A DNA stretch of 64,000 nucleotides from Zancudomyces culisetae HAW-14-8 (GCA_052426225.1 JBNJNM010000013.1:496001-560000); one strand, 5' to 3'. Shown: positions 47,057 through 61,390, counted from the stretch's first letter. The notes: generated by a model from the letters alone, not told the origin. Program-made: numbers and translations.

Positions 47057-47746
47057 TTAACATTTTGGCAAGTATTTATTTATTGGAGCATTATCGGCTA
47101 CTTGAGCAAAGTTTTGTGTCCAATAAATTCCCACTCTTCCGATTCCGACAATGTTTGATGTAGGACTCAACAAATTAGTATTGTGGTCCTTAGAGGCTTT
47201 CCAAGCATTCATAACACTTTTTACGTCATTAAACCCTGTAGCAACGTTCTCTGAGCAGCGCTGCCACTTCACACCTTTTTTGCTTAATCTTGTTCCTAGG
47301 GTACCAGCTGGATCAGAGTGTGTGGCAATCTTGTTTTTAGACATGTATTGTGAATGGGCTTGTGCTATTGTGGAGAGTGTTGGAACTATGTACAAAGGCT
47401 TTAGCCCGCGAGACTTGCGGTATTCATTGGTAGCACAAACTATCTGGTTTATAATGGCATCGTCTCTCTTATATAGTGAGTCTGAAGATCTGAGTTCCTC
47501 TAAAATCCCATTAAGATCGTGATCAATATCATCAGCATCATCAAGCTCCTTCACACCCACTTTTTGCGAACCACCTTCAGGTGCTTTGCCTTTCCCGGCG
47601 TCACTTCCGAACTCGGGATTTACCTCTGTATATGCATCCATAATCTTTGAGGTTATGCCTTTGCCTTCCTGTGGTGAAACTGGGCTGGCATTTCCTGTGG
47701 CCATTAGTACTGATATTATCAGAGATGACAAAAGTTTGCTATACAT
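47057..47746 (-). CDS. Secreted CAP/SCP-domain protein with an acidic pro-region
   Basis: Signal peptide MYSKLLSSLIISVLMATGNA, acidic linker ending LYKR, then CAP motifs TNEYRKSRGLKPL, AQAHSQYM, ENVA, WKASKDHNTNLL, YWTQNF. Confidence 0.88.
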   Translation of the reverse strand: MYSKLLSSLIISVLMATGNASPVSPQEGKGITSKIMDAYTEVNPEFGSDAGKGKAPEGGSQKVGVKELDDADDIDHDLNGILEELRSSDSLYKRDDAIINQIVCATNEYRKSRGLKPLYIVPTLSTIAQAHSQYMSKNKIATHSDPAGTLGTRLSKKGVKWQRCSENVATGFNDVKSVMNAWKASKDHNTNLLSPTSNIVGIGRVGIYWTQNFAQVADNAPINKYLPKC

Positions 47747-49437
47747 GATGAAATATTTTTTGATTTTGAAATGATATTTAAATGCTTGTTTGTGTGTTAC
47801 TAAACAACTGAAACTATGAAACTATGTTCTAAGTGTTTTTTTCTGCTACTATGCTATAAGTGAAAGTGTGATATACTTAATGCTTGTTTAGAAGATGAGA
47901 AAAAGATGTCTATTTATACAAAAAAAAACAAACTAGTACTTGTACAAGTTTTATCGCTTTGTATTAAACTTTTTTTTTTACTTTGGCCTTGTATAAAATT
48001 TAGTCATATACTCTAGCATGCCACCCTTGTATCAATATAGATGCTGTGTGTTTTTGTGGCTAAAGGTGTTATTCAGATATCATGAGCGAGAAGAAAAAGA
48101 ATAGAAGGGATTAGTATATAATTATAGTGGCATGCTCTATTAATTGGATATAATACTCATAGAGTACGTGGTATACAATCCCATCCCTAGTTCTATAGTT
48201 TTTTTATTTCAATTCCAATTGCGAGCACCAAAAAAAAAAACTCCACCACAAACAATAGTCAAATATCGTCCAAATCATAACTAATACATATATATCGCAA
48301 TTTAGATAAACTGGCATGCATTAGTGTGATAGCGCCACTAGACTTCAATTCCCACTTGTTTGCAGCATAGCTTCAAAAAGCGATATATAGATGGCCGTTT
48401 CGTTTGTACTATGAATTTAGTTTTTAGCGCAATACCTATGAGATATCATAATAAAATACGCTAAATGGATACCTTAGCCGTTGAGGCCACAGAGAACAAG
48501 GAACAAAGAACAGCATGATAAAACCACATTATAACTCTGTTTCTTTCTTGGTGCTTCACTGATACAAATTATTTATTCTTTTAGTAGTGAGGAAATAGTG
48601 GTTGGCCCAACACTTTGTGAGCATGAATTTCTAAATGTTGGCGCATTTTGTGTGAGGTGTAGTTTGTAGATCTAATGGAAATGTATATTTTTTTGATGGC
48701 TAGTTACTAAAGTGGTGTTATAACTTTGCATAACTATTTTTTTTAACGCATTTCCAGTAAACAAAGCTGTGCAATTAAATGATCTGAAAAAAAGTGTCTT
48801 GGCAGACTCATCAGGATAAATGAACGATATTGGGTATAGGTATAACAAGAGTTATTAAAACCAGCAAATGTACTAGTACTTTGAAAGTATAGTAATATCG
48901 AATTGAGGGGGCTTAGTAAACTTGGTATTATGATAGCAGCCGAATTACTACTTTATGTTCTTTGTCTTGCTAAAAACGGCAGTATATGCTAATGGTATAC
49001 ACGCCAATCATATCCTGAGCTTTCAATTTTCCGTTTTAAAAGGTCAACCAGGCTGGATGCCGAATTACCATCTGCGCGTTGTATATGCAAATAAATTGCG
49101 AGCCACTATACAAAGCTTAATTGCATTTCAACGTATACACTACACCACTTTTCCTTCTCCTCCATAATCAACACATAATATGTAAGACTCTGTGATATAT
49201 TAACTAGAATAAAAATTTATTAAAAGTAAATTACAAAAGTTAGACTGAAAAAAAAACCCAAACTAAAGCATTGTATCAAAATCAGATATGCGACCAATCG
49301 AATATACAGGTAAGTTAATCAAAAAGAAGGCAGAATGATGATGGTTATGACCACAATAAAGTAATGATTTCTGGTGTCAAGCACCGGTAATACATGTTCA
49401 AAGGCTTGGGAAGCAACCTTCGCTGCGTATGGCTGTC

Positions 49438-50363
49438 CTATTTCTTCTTTTTTCCCTTCTTGGAGCTATCATCCTCTTCAATTGCTTTTTTAACATCAGC
49501 AGAGCCGTTGGACTTCTTCTTCTTCTTTTGTTTATCTACACCAAGAATACCCATACCGGAGCTTTGAGCATCCAAAACTCTTGTTATATCAGCATCTGAT
49601 ATTTTGTTATAGGCTAGAGATTGTATTTGATCAAAGATGGAGGCGGAGGGTATGGTGTGTTGAGGGACAATATCAACAACATTTGCTCCTAGGGCGTCTT
49701 TTCTTTTGAGGTACTCTTGATTTTCTCTATCATAACTTTCCTTGCCCCTTGCAAACCTATCCTCGTAAATCTACAAACCCAGAAAAGGTAAATGTTCAAC
49801 AAAACATCAGTATAAGTAATATACCCAAACACCCCATGTTAGAAACCAAGGGCGTGTATTTAAGACATGATAGAATATTCACAAACCTTTCGTGCTTCTG
49901 CTGGAAGTGCCTTCCACATCTCTCCAAGCTTTCTGGAGATATCCTGAGAGGAGATGTTTGGTTCACTGGCTATCACTGCCTTTCTATGTTCACTGCAGTA
50001 CAAAAAGTACGCGGAAAGCGGTTTCTTTGGTGCATTTGGATCCTTTACAATCTTTCTCCTCTTCCCTTTTTCTAGTATCCCGTGATCCTCGTAGCCCGAA
50101 ATGCTATGTTGAGCTATCTTTGCAAAGGAGTTGGATAGTTTTCCAAAGAGGGTGCCTATCTATGAACAACGTAACATACAAATAGTTACTTTATGCTGTA
50201 ATAAATACATGATTGAGCTGACGCTCGTTAGTTGCAGACGCACCTAAGTGTGTGCTTCTTTCCGATAGATGTGAAGTCGAGTGTAGCCCAACAGATATAA
50301 GTAGAAGCTAAAGAAATAGTAAAAACCTACCTCTGCCGCATCCTCTGCGGTAACAGATACCAT
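49438..50363 (-). CDS. HMG-box protein, Hmo1/Nhp6-like with a Lys-rich tail, 3 exons
   Basis: Exon 1 MVSVTAEDAAE; exon 2 contains KDPNAPKKPLSAYFLYCSEHRKAV...ISRKLGEMWKALP; exon 3 (49770-49438) ends KQKKKKKS...KKGKKKK*. Not in the ORF track. Confidence 0.85.
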
Positions 50364-51833
50364 AGTTATTTGTTTTTTCTGTCCCATTATTATAAATACG
50401 ATATTTAATGTATCAGTCTAAGCTCAGTCAGTAATATTATCCCTACACACTAATTCTGTTATTGATTCTAACTTAATATAATACTTTTACTCTCCAGTAA
50501 AATAAAAAAGAGCAGCAGCAGAAAATAGAAATAAAACACAATGGAAACGCAGGGAAATTTATACGACTGAATGGATTTCTTTTCAAATCACCCCCCTTTT
50601 TTTGTTCAGAATTAATGTTTTGGCAAGAAAAAAAAGTAAAACGCTGTTAACCTTTACACACAAGTTCTGGAGGGATGATTAATAGTTACCAAATTAAATA
50701 ACGATTTTTCGCATTTCACAATCAACAAAAATGGTTCTGGACGAATTATATCCAGTTATTACGTAAAGATATTACATATTGTGGGAGAAGCGCATCACTT
50801 GATTTTGCTATTTCCATTTAAATACGTGAATAATGAAAAATAATATTTACGAGATGCGAAAACAGCACTGTTTTCGCGTTTTTGAAAAAACAAGAAATAG
50901 AAGACGATAATAAAAGCGATTTTCGTAGCAGCGGAAGAGTAGCCCTGTAAACCGATCCAAAAAAAGACTAAACTCATTGAAAAAGCATATATACTATTTC
51001 TTGAAGATATTTTTCACAAAAAACACTATCTCAATCAGTGTGTAGATCGTTCAAAGCACTGAACACGCGCAAAATGTCTAATAGACAAATAAACTTTACA
51101 TCAAAATGTTGTCGATTCGTTAATCGGGGAGGAAAGGAGAGAGAGCACTCTTAAAAAGGCAGGGATATTTCATACACTGACCTTTTTAAAAGCAAAGTAT
51201 GAAACAGAGTCTAATACGGCTCCATTCGCATGTAGCAAATTACACATAAGCTACGCCAGTGTTCTAACTACACTTTTCTTTTGGCTGGGTAAAATTTTCC
51301 ACCTAAAAAAAAGCATACCAGGTTGTTTAAGCACAACAGTGGTAGGTATTGGTAAGAATATGGCTAGCTAAACAGAGACTATCCCAGTAAAACATACTTT
51401 TTTTTTTTGGAGCGAAAAGCTCAATTTTTCGCCTCATTTGGATTTTCTTGCATTTTTCCTTTCCTTTCGCAAAAAAAAAAATCTAATTGAGTTTCGAACT
51501 CAAAGCCACCCAATGGTTATCACCGAAATAAAAACTGACTAAAAAATCTAGGTGTTGATACTTGACAGATGTGATTTGCATAATTTGTTCACTTATGTGG
51601 GTAAATTGTCTAGTGTTGTTGGATAAAATGTGGGGGGGGGGGATAGAAACAAGTTAATATTCGCTTTTTTATTAAAGCAAAAACAAAGCCAGAGGAAAAG
51701 GTGGTTAAAGGTAGAGTCCAATTCTATCCGCTAAAGCAATAGAGTCATCAACAATTTCATAAATATGTATATATAAACCCTGTACACAAGCATATGACTG
51801 CTGTTTTGACACGCCACAGGTTCGGTTCTCTAA

Positions 51834-53271
51834 TCATTTACAAAACTTGTCAGTCTTCATTTTTTCCCTTCTGTTCAGCAGTTCTTCGTAGTATTTCCCC
51901 TCCTCTTTAGCCTTTTTCAGCGCCTGTTTTTCGGCATCGCTTACTCTGACATGCCCATGCTCCCAGCTCTGGTATTTTTTTCTAGAGTTGATAGCCATAA
52001 ATGTTTATGAGCATATTACCAAATAAAAATGATATACTGGGGAATGAAAATCCAGCTTTCGTCTATTATCCAACCTAAAACCCTCGAAAACGAGTATTGG
52101 ATCCGTAAATAGATAAAAAGAAAAACTTACGCAATTTCTTCTTCAACAGCTGCTAGATCTCCTGTCTTTGTAGACTCCTTGGTTATACTCTTTGCCTTAA
52201 TTCTTTCGTACCTTATTCTAGCTTGGCAATATACACTGAATGTTTCGCTAGATCCTGGCTTTGTAGCGCTTATGCAAATTGAAGACGTTGGACCACCTTT
52301 GCTCTTGCGCTCATGCGTTGTGGGCTTTGTAGCATCTTTTTCTATAACAGATAAAAACCGATAATTTGGTTCCAAGCTTAATGATCCGTGTGCTTTGTTT
52401 TGTGGATTTAAATGTGTGGTATCAGCCATAAAAGATACAGTCCCTGGGATACTGGTATCACCATGTATTACTGGTTCCCACATCTCCGAAGGCCCAATAG
52501 CAACGGTCTCTGCTGTTATTTGATTCATATGGTTGAAGGATAAATACCCGCCTTTACTTGTTTTTAATACCAACATACTCTTGGTAGGGTTATTTTTCTT
52601 TAAGTTATCCATGCCACTATCGCCTTCATTCGGCAAATCGCTATTTATTTTCTCCTCTGTACCCTTTAGTACTATTCTTTGTCCTACAAATACTTGGTCT
52701 GCACTTTTTGGCTCGTATATTTCGTTGCCATTCTCAAATGTTGGAGAAAAGGGTACCAAATCGATATAGTTAACATCGCGTAAAATCTGCCCCGTTTCAG
52801 TATAACCACCACTCCCAGTTAATACCGTGAAAATCTTTGTGCTAGTACTCCTGGATAATATGATAATTGGACCTTCTAAATCCTCGATTGACTCCACCGG
52901 AACCCAACCTATTTAAAAATAATCATCAAATGAGAGAGGGGTGGAACATCTTTGACACAGTATTTGCTTGGAGAGCGCAATAGTAAAGGAAAAGCTAAAT
53001 GAATAAACTTTCATTGAGTATAAGCAGTGAAGCTATACAGGAAGAGCAAATAAATTAACAAAAAAAAGTTACCTTCAGTAATTTCGGGAAGTTGATTTTC
53101 AACATGCTGTGCTTTATAGACCTTCTTTTTTGTTCTATATGGAATTACAATCTTTATTTGATTTATCAATTATTAACATACTTTTTCTGGGGAGACTAGG
53201 GCTGCAGCTTACTTTTTTTGTTCCCCTTTGAAGGTTAGTTTCTTTCGTTTGACGCCTGTATACTCAGACAT
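51834..53271 (-). CDS. FRG1: FRG1-like protein, multi-exon
   Basis: Starts MSEYTGVKRKKLTFKG; GWVPVESIEDLEGP; LKTSKGGYLS...AIGPSEMWEP; ends KKAKEEGKYYEELLNRREKMKTDKFCK*. Confidence 0.9.
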
Positions 53272-53618
53272 GCTGTTTCGACGTGAATCTGGTGGGAAAT
53301 CGAAGCTATGGCTTAATAATAATATTTTTATTAAAGCAATCCGTTTTTAAGCCAAACTTGTTGCTTGATATACACTATTTTACCGTGATTGGCTTTTTGA
53401 TAGGCTCTTTTATATTTTATTTTTCATGAATTAAACGCCAAAATAGCCCTAAAAATAGGTGAATCGGCCGATTTGGTAGAAATTTCTTGTGAAAATAGAA
53501 AATCCAGTCTCTTCTTCAACGTAAAATACAATATATCAATACCGCTTGGAGGAGACCCATAGAAATAAGATACAAACGTAACAAACGACATAAACCGCGA
53601 AATAGACTGAAGATTTGC

Positions 53619-56025
53619 ATGGAATTCTCGGATAACAATAAAATGGCAGCTAGATTTAGGGGTGTGATTGCAATCATAGGAACCACAGGTGTAGGAAAAT
53701 CCAAATTAGCGATCGAGTTGGCTCGCCATTTGTCAGGAGAAGTTATAAATGCTGATTCGTTGCAGGCAAGTGCGCGTGAATAACGCGTTGCACAATACTT
53801 TGTATTTTATGAGAACGAAAAAGACCAACAATAAAATTTGTATGAATCACATTTGATGGTTTTTGCATGCAAGTGCATGTTTGTAAAATGGAACTAATAA
53901 AAAGCTTTGTTAATAGGTGTACAAAGGATATGACATAATAACGAATAAAGTAAGCGAGCAAGAAATGCAGGGTGTACCCCATCATTTACTGGGATTTCTT
54001 GAAACTAGTAGACAATACACCGTTCAGGAGTTTGAAACAGATTCTTTAAAGTTGGTAGGTATACATTTTGTTTATTCAGTACATTTACTATGTTTTGTTA
54101 ATTTTTTTTACGTTCGGTATTCTGGAAATAGATAGAAGAGGTACTAGGCCGGGGAAAGGTTCCAATATTAGTGGGAGGCACTCATTATTACATACAATCC
54201 ATACTTTTCAAAAAAAGCTTGATAACAGGTCAAAGCAGGGTACAGGATAATCAAGTAGACAGCATTGATTCAATAAAGGACGCCGTACCTAAAAGTATAA
54301 AACCGATTGAATCAAGTAAATATCTCGAAGAGTTGGAGAAGCTGTCAGGCGAAGAGTTGTTACAGAGGTTACAAGATGTCGACCCCAAAATGGCTCTCAG
54401 ATGGCATCCGAACGATCGAAGAAAAATTATTAGAAGTTTGCAGGTTTTTTACGATACCGGGAAACCACATAGCGAATGGGTTTCTGAGACAGAAAAAGAT
54501 GTTGATAATAGTCTGAGGTACATAACTTTATCACTCAGTTTACCATGTAAATAGGTAGAATCAGGTATCCACTGCTCAAGATATATGAATAATACAGTGC
54601 GGATTGATATAATAGGTTTCCAAGTTTGGTATTTTGGTTGTATAGCAAACCTGACATTCTAAATTCCAGGTTAATCGGAAGAGCAAACGAGATGATTAGT
54701 GTAATAATACACTTTATTACTTGATTCTCAAAAAAAAGCGAAATTTTTTCAATACAAAAACGTGTTTTTTATATATATAGCAGGGTGAGGTGACTAACGT
54801 TTACGGGCTTATCAAATAGAGAGGCTTATTCGATGAGGTTAACAAGTTTATGGCCGAGGAAACAAAATCGGGACAGGAGGACAAGGGATACTCGTTTGGT
54901 ATTAGACAGGCGATAGGTTAGTCTCACACTCTGTGTTGAGTTATTCAGTATCTATGTATCACTCACTCTTTGTTTATTTTTGAAATTACTTTTTATGTAC
55001 TTTACTTTTTTTTAAAAAAAATGGATAAAACTTTGATACTTGCTTAGGGTTCAAGGAGTTTGAAGAGTACTGTCGATACTCACAAACGGAAGAACAAGGT
55101 ACTTTGGTTTGGTTGTTAGTCGTTACGTTATTTGTAGATTGCATATAAGCATTTTTTTATTGTCAACTTTTCTTTTTTTTGATTTACTAGACCCGAAAAA
55201 ACTCCAAGAGTTAAAAGACGAAGGAATTCAAGCAATGAAAAGTAACAATATCAAATATGCAAAAAAGCAACTAAGTTGGATAAGAAACAAACTACTACCA
55301 GTCATCGTAGGCTCAGGAGAGCTCTATAAAAAGGCGCATGTGTATGTTATGGATGCAACTGGTAAGTAATGTGCTTGTTATTTTTATTACTAATGGTAAT
55401 GGTAAAAAATTCAATAGGCCATACCTATAGACTCTTTCTGATGATTTTCGTATTTGCATTACATAGATCTCAATGAATGGAATGATAATGTGTGTGCAAA
55501 GGCTTGTAAAATATCAAATGGTAAGATTCACCCCACTATCTCCTGTACTTATTACTTGGTTGTAAAATCTACCAATCCTACCATGCATATTTTACATATT
55601 TAATGTCTAAACATAGGGTTTATTAGCAACAAGAAAGAACTTCCCAGTCCGTTTAGTATCTCTGAAATAGCAAAAGAGGTGCTACTCCCACTAGTCGACA
55701 ACCAAGAGGTTGAAAACAGGTAATATGGAATAAAATGTGTTACTGTTCTTGTTTACTAATATTTAGCGCTTAAATACGGCAGTTAATGTGCAATCGAGAC
55801 CAAAATTAAACAAATAGTGCCAACAGACTGGACAGGTTATTGAAAATCAAGTGTGAGGTATGCTCATACACTAGCAAGGAAAGTAAAGATGGTGTGGAAA
55901 AAAACTATTATGTCTTTGGAAACAAAGAGTACTTGGACCACTTGAAGACCAGGAAGCACAAGAAAAACATTAAATACAGAAAGATGCTTGAATTTTTAAG
56001 AGAGAACGGAAAACTGAAACAATAA
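53619..56025 (+). CDS. MOD5: tRNA dimethylallyltransferase, multi-exon, first intron GC-AG
   Basis: GTTGVGKS P-loop, INADSLQ|VYKGYDIITNK, VPHHLLG, VGGTHYYIQS, HPNDRRKIIRSL, QAIGFKEF, YAKKQLSWIRNK, C-terminal CEVC...HLKTRKH zinc finger. Confidence 0.93.
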
Positions 56026-56593
56026 AATGCTCTATTTCATAAATGCAGCTTTTATTTGTCCTTGTCAAACGGCCTTATGGAAGCATAGACGGGTAATTTT
56101 TTGAGTTTATGGTAATGATAAACTGATGAGAAATCAGACAACAATACAAAAAATAAAAGGGCTGTAATAATTTTCAAATGAGATTAATTCCATCACGTTT
56201 ATTTTCATTATTGTCCAAAACCGATATTTAGTGGTTAACTGTGATCAACGATTTTAAATTCTGGATGGTTTTTATCTGGAGGAATTGTGGAGGTCTATAA
56301 TAAAAAGAAAGACTTTTTACCGAAATAGCTGCAGAAACCTAGGCAGGAGATAACCAGATGATGTTGTTCTCGCTTTTAAACAATCCGATTCATTTTTATA
56401 CACAAAATAAAAATAAAATCGTCCTAATGTTATTCCGCCCAAATATTTTTTTTCGCTACTATCCTCAGGGAACGTGAAGAAAACGTTAACCACATTTCAG
56501 AAAGACCGTGGAGCTATTACTTGAGGCTTAAAATCGAAGGGAATACATCAAATTACGAAAGGATAGATACAATACTGGGAGTATATAGTAAGC

Positions 56594-57440
56594 ATGATCG
56601 ACATGAAATACCAGAAAAAGGAGCCATTGTTCAAACAGTACATTTCGCAGCTTGATGCGGAATTTTCAAAGTCCGAGTTGCTAGTGTTAATCCAAGAAAA
56701 GACAAAGATTCCAAAAGTATACTCAACGATAGCAGTGGGTGCACTGATTTCGATACTAGTTTATTTCAATTTGTGTGCAAGCTTTATTGTAAACATGATA
56801 GGTTATGCTTATCCAGGTAAAAGAATATTGTTAAAGACATGATACTCGAAACATAAGTGCAAAAGAACCATCCTTCTCCTCCAGTGAGTACTAACAATCA
56901 TTTAAAATTTATATATATCTACAAAGCCTACAAGACTTATGTTGAGATTACAGAGGCAAAGGGACCTAAAGAATTCACCTGGTCTACGTATTGGTAATAA
57001 ACTCTTTAGATAGGCTATTCTATATTTCATCTATATAGTGTATCACTGGTGTACCACAAATAGCAATAAACCGAGATAAATTGTAAAAATAACACGTATA
57101 CCTGCGTATTCATAGGATAATATATGGATTTTTGAATATGGTCGAGTATTTTGGTGGGTTTCTGCTGTACTGGCTTCCAAACTACTACTTCTTCAAGTTA
57201 CTTTTCATTATCTGGCTAGTGAATCCACGAACACGGGTAAAATAGCATTGGCTTCAAACTATTTTGTATCAACTAATCGTTACCACTTTTTTCTGTCGAT
57301 ATCTACAAACTACAACTTGTAACCCACAATCCATAATAAAATATATATCATATAATACAAAATAGGGAGCACAGGTTATATGGATCAAGTATTTTCAAAA
57401 TAACTATGTAATTGTTTCAAGTGGTCAGGACACTAAATAG
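56594..57440 (+). CDS. YOP1: YOP1/REEP/HVA22 ER-shaping protein, 4 exons
   Basis: EKTKIPKVY, IGYAYPAYKT, WSTYWIIYGFLNMVEYF, YWLPNYYFFKLLFIIWLVNP, GAQVIW. Confidence 0.88.
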
Positions 57441-57736
57441 AGCAACTGTCGATACCCTGAGCAATCAATAACATCACTCAGTAACGTGAAAACCTTGAAC
57501 TTCTACCCGATCAATATTTTTTACATTTCTACATTTTTACACTTCTACACTTCTAAACTTTTAAGTTTATTCAAACAATGAGATTACTTGATTTTTCTAT
57601 TACAATTATAAGGGCACATAAAATAAGTGTGGATTTCTAATAACTAGGTTCTTTCAGTTCTTCAAAGTGTGTTCAGAGAAATCTAAACTATAAAAAAGAT
57701 CAAAATAAAGTAAATGCGAAGGAGGCGAGCGTGTAT

Positions 57737-60435
57737 TCAAAGAAGTTTTTCCATTGCAGAGATTTCCATGTCCAGATCTTCTAAACTTTCATGTAGGGTT
57801 TGAGCATCAGACCACTCTCTCCTGTTATTCGCACCCCTAATGTAGCCTTGGACGACAACTCTTTGTTCGCGCAAAACTGATAGCCTTTCAAGTAATTCGT
57901 CACGAGGTATCGATAAGGATCTTGTGTGAATACAATCATTGGAATTGGCTTCAGGCTGTTGTGGTTGATTTATATTCTTGTTAGATTCGCCTGATGATCT
58001 AGCGACGTTTGTACTTGTACCACCACCACCCAACTTTGCTCCTGGAGGCTGAAGCAAATTGTTGTTCAACTCAGATGACGAGGTATTTGAAGAAATGCTG
58101 AGTCTAGTTATGTTGGGGCTGCTATTTCTTGTAGTGCTAGGCTCACTGTGAGTACTTTTTCGCGGTTTATGTGTAAAGCTGTTTGAGAAGTCGAGAAGTA
58201 CTCTAGAAAAATTAGATAACTCGATAGTTCGTGTTTGTAGTTCAAGAGCAACTGCCTGGCGGATGGCATTATAGACTTTTGTTTCTGCTTGGCAGCTAGA
58301 AGGAAGGTCTACGATATGTTTACTCGTTGAATCCATCAGACTCATCGAAAGCTGGAGACTTTTCCTCAATTGGTTGGCCTGCTGAATATTTCTCAGTATT
58401 ACCTGATTGTTTTTGCTAATTCTATTCTCCAAAATGTAATTGCGTTTATATAAATCACTCTCAAGAAAGCTGATTATGTACAGTTTCTCATAAACAAATT
58501 GTACTTACTCTAACTGTGTTACAATTTTTTTAAATAATGGAAAGCTCGAGTCTATATTTTGTTTGCTCTGTAGAATAATCTGGTAAAGTTCTGTTAATTT
58601 TATGTTACTAGTTGGATCCCTTCTATCTTTTGATCTACAAACATTGAGAGAGTACAAGCAGGGTTTAGTGTAGTCCCAAGCTAGAAGTTTTAAATTTTCA
58701 GAAGGATGCTCAGACCAACTAAAATAAAAACGATAAAAAATATAAAAAATAAATTCTACACTCGCTTACATTCTTAACCATCGATGACAAGATGTGCACA
58801 TTCGCACAGAAAATCCATTTTCAGCCTGATGCCTTTTGTCAGATAAACTTCCTTTTGAGGAAATATCTACAATACTCGAACATTTCCCACATATTACTCG
58901 TCCACATAGTCTACAGTGGTGTTTTCGGTTTAAAACTGTTCCGAATAGTTTACTATTCATTACAAAAGCACAATTTTTTAGTAAGTATTTTTTCAAAAAC
59001 AACAAGATATATTCGAATTACCTGCAGATTCTGCATTTTGTAACCTCCTGATCATTTTCCCAACCAACTACAGTTTTTTCTAGTTCATGTAGACTGTTTT
59101 TGTAGAATTTCATTCCAGACGCTCTTCGAGACATTTTCGAAAGCTCCGAGGCTACATTTTGTTCAAGTGTCTTTGTATGAACAACACAGAGCTATTGATT
59201 CCAGGTAATTATAATGTGAGTATCTTTACAAGAAACTTATGAATAAGAATAATGACGGATATAATAATCACAATAATGGCCAAAATAATCTAACGTAGCA
59301 GATACATTACATACTTTCTCCAATCTTTTTTCCAATCTATTACATTCTAATAGTACTTCTCTAATAGTTTCCTCGCGTTTCCTAAGAAATAGTTTTGAGT
59401 GTACCCTAATTGCTGGCTCTTTTTCTTGTGACCCAAAGCTTACGTCAATACAATTTAAACATAAATCTTCTAGTCTGCCATTTTCATTAATACATTTTTG
59501 CATTTTTTGGTGTTCAGAACAGTAGGTATTTGTGCATCTATATAATTGCAAAAAATTATATTATTAATGGAGGCATCACAATATAACCCCTCATTTTTAA
59601 CACAGTTCCCTCATCTTTATTGCAGAAAGTATCTACTAGCCACAACAAGAGTAACTTCTCAAAGTTTCCTGTCCCTTCAATCAATAGTCCTAAAATCAAT
59701 GTTTAATTACCTTTTGCAACTAATTTTTGAGCTTTTAAGACTAACTTCAACCAAGCAATCTTCGTAAGAGCACTTGGTAGTATCACTAAATGACCTCTGG
59801 TAATTTATGTTATCTCGTTCACAGTCTTCTACCGTTCCTGATGCAGATACTTCACCACCAAGACCTATAGTTCTGCCCATTTGGTCGTCATACCCACCTA
59901 CAGCAACACCAAGTCTTCCCAGCTCGTTCGAAAACTTACCTTTTGTCAAAGTATCGCCAAACCCCCTAACTTTGCTTCCCGCCTTACGAAAAAAGCCAAA
60001 TATAGCCTCTTTTACCTCCTCAAGTTCTGCATCGCTATCATACTGCTTTGGTAAATTATGGTCGATCCTGTCTTTTGTTTGTTTGTTAGAATATTTATAT
60101 TGAGTCTGCTCGGTTTCACGTAAATGCACGTGATCCAAGTGCCTTTCTATTTGCCTTAAATCACCCTCGAAGCTCATACATATTGGACATGCTCGTGGCT
60201 CATCATCTGAAAGTATCCTATGCTTAGCCACGCTTTCCCCTGTTGAGTCCGTGTCGTGTAGCTCGTATACTTCATGCATGTTTCCCTCCTCTTCATCGTT
60301 CGAATGACCGTCTGATGTTTGTGAATTTTGTTCAATCTCCTCCTCTATGTTTTTTAAACTAATTAGATTTTCTTCTATTCCATTTGGATCGTTTGCCGTT
60401 TGGGCACCAAAAACTCGTCCTTTTTTCTTTGACAT
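57737..60435 (-). CDS. PEP7: Vac1/Pep7/rabenosyn-5 FYVE-domain endosomal tether, multi-exon
   Basis: C2H2 finger CPIC...HLDHVH, a first degenerate FYVE, a second FYVE WENDQEVTKCRIC|..RKHHCRLCGRVICGKCS, and a C-terminal Rbsn motif LREQRVVVQGYI...AQTLHESLEDL. Confidence 0.88.
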
Positions 60436-61390
60436 GCTTATAATATGTACATACAATCACTGTATTATTCCACTATCCTCATTTGGAGGTGATTGGTTTG
60501 TTTTTGCTAGATGAAGTCTGTAAATTTTCAAACTATTATGCAGAAACGCTACAAGCAATCTCAAACTTTAATTCCACTTCATTAATTTATTTTTGTTGGG
60601 TGAGGGGGGTGGACAAAATTAATGGGAGGAGGAGGAGGAGTGGTGTTATGCAGGAAATTGTTTGCCAGCAATTAGCACTATCTTCTAAGCCTTTTTTATT
60701 TAATATCTAAGAATTACATGAAACCGAGTCGCAAATTTTGGGAGGGGGGGAGGGGAGAGGCGGAGTTTTCAACCTAAAAGTATTTTCTTTGTTGTAATGC
60801 TCAGTTGAACCATTCTCTTACAAAATTGCGTATATCACTCGTCGAAGTCCTGCCAACAAGCTAATATTAACAATGCGCCGAGTGACATATACGTCGTTTT
60901 ATGGTGTATAAAGTGTAAAATGTAATGAAAACTTGGCATTTCTAACGTATTCAACAATAGTTCAAAAATATCAATCCTTACTAGGTGAATATGAAGTTCA
61001 CACGATGAAAGAAAGTAATATGTTTATTGGCAGTAAGTGCAATGGGGTACGAAACTTACCCATTCACGATAGATAAATTCAATATGTAAGTCATTAATAC
61101 TTGGCAGCTTTCCTACATGGTATTTCAGGGTCATAGTGATACGTTTATGCGGTAAATCTACCTAGAAATGAAGTAATTGACAAGCGAAATAGAGAGTAAT
61201 TACAAGTCCAACTCTTGTCGCAGCTTTAATGACAATTTTTCTTATTATTGTTACTAACAATATTTTATTTATTGTTGTTAATATATGGATTAGCAAATTT
61301 AATAAGAAACGAAAAATATATCTAACTGGCCTAAACTAGCATCGTAACTTTTTATTTTGGTTTTATTTTCAGGATAATGACAAAATACAT

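Noticed and set aside
51488-51503. Hairpin TGAGT-TTCG-AACTCA containing a B-box-like GTTCGAAAC
   Set aside because: No tRNA cloverleaf or A box around it.
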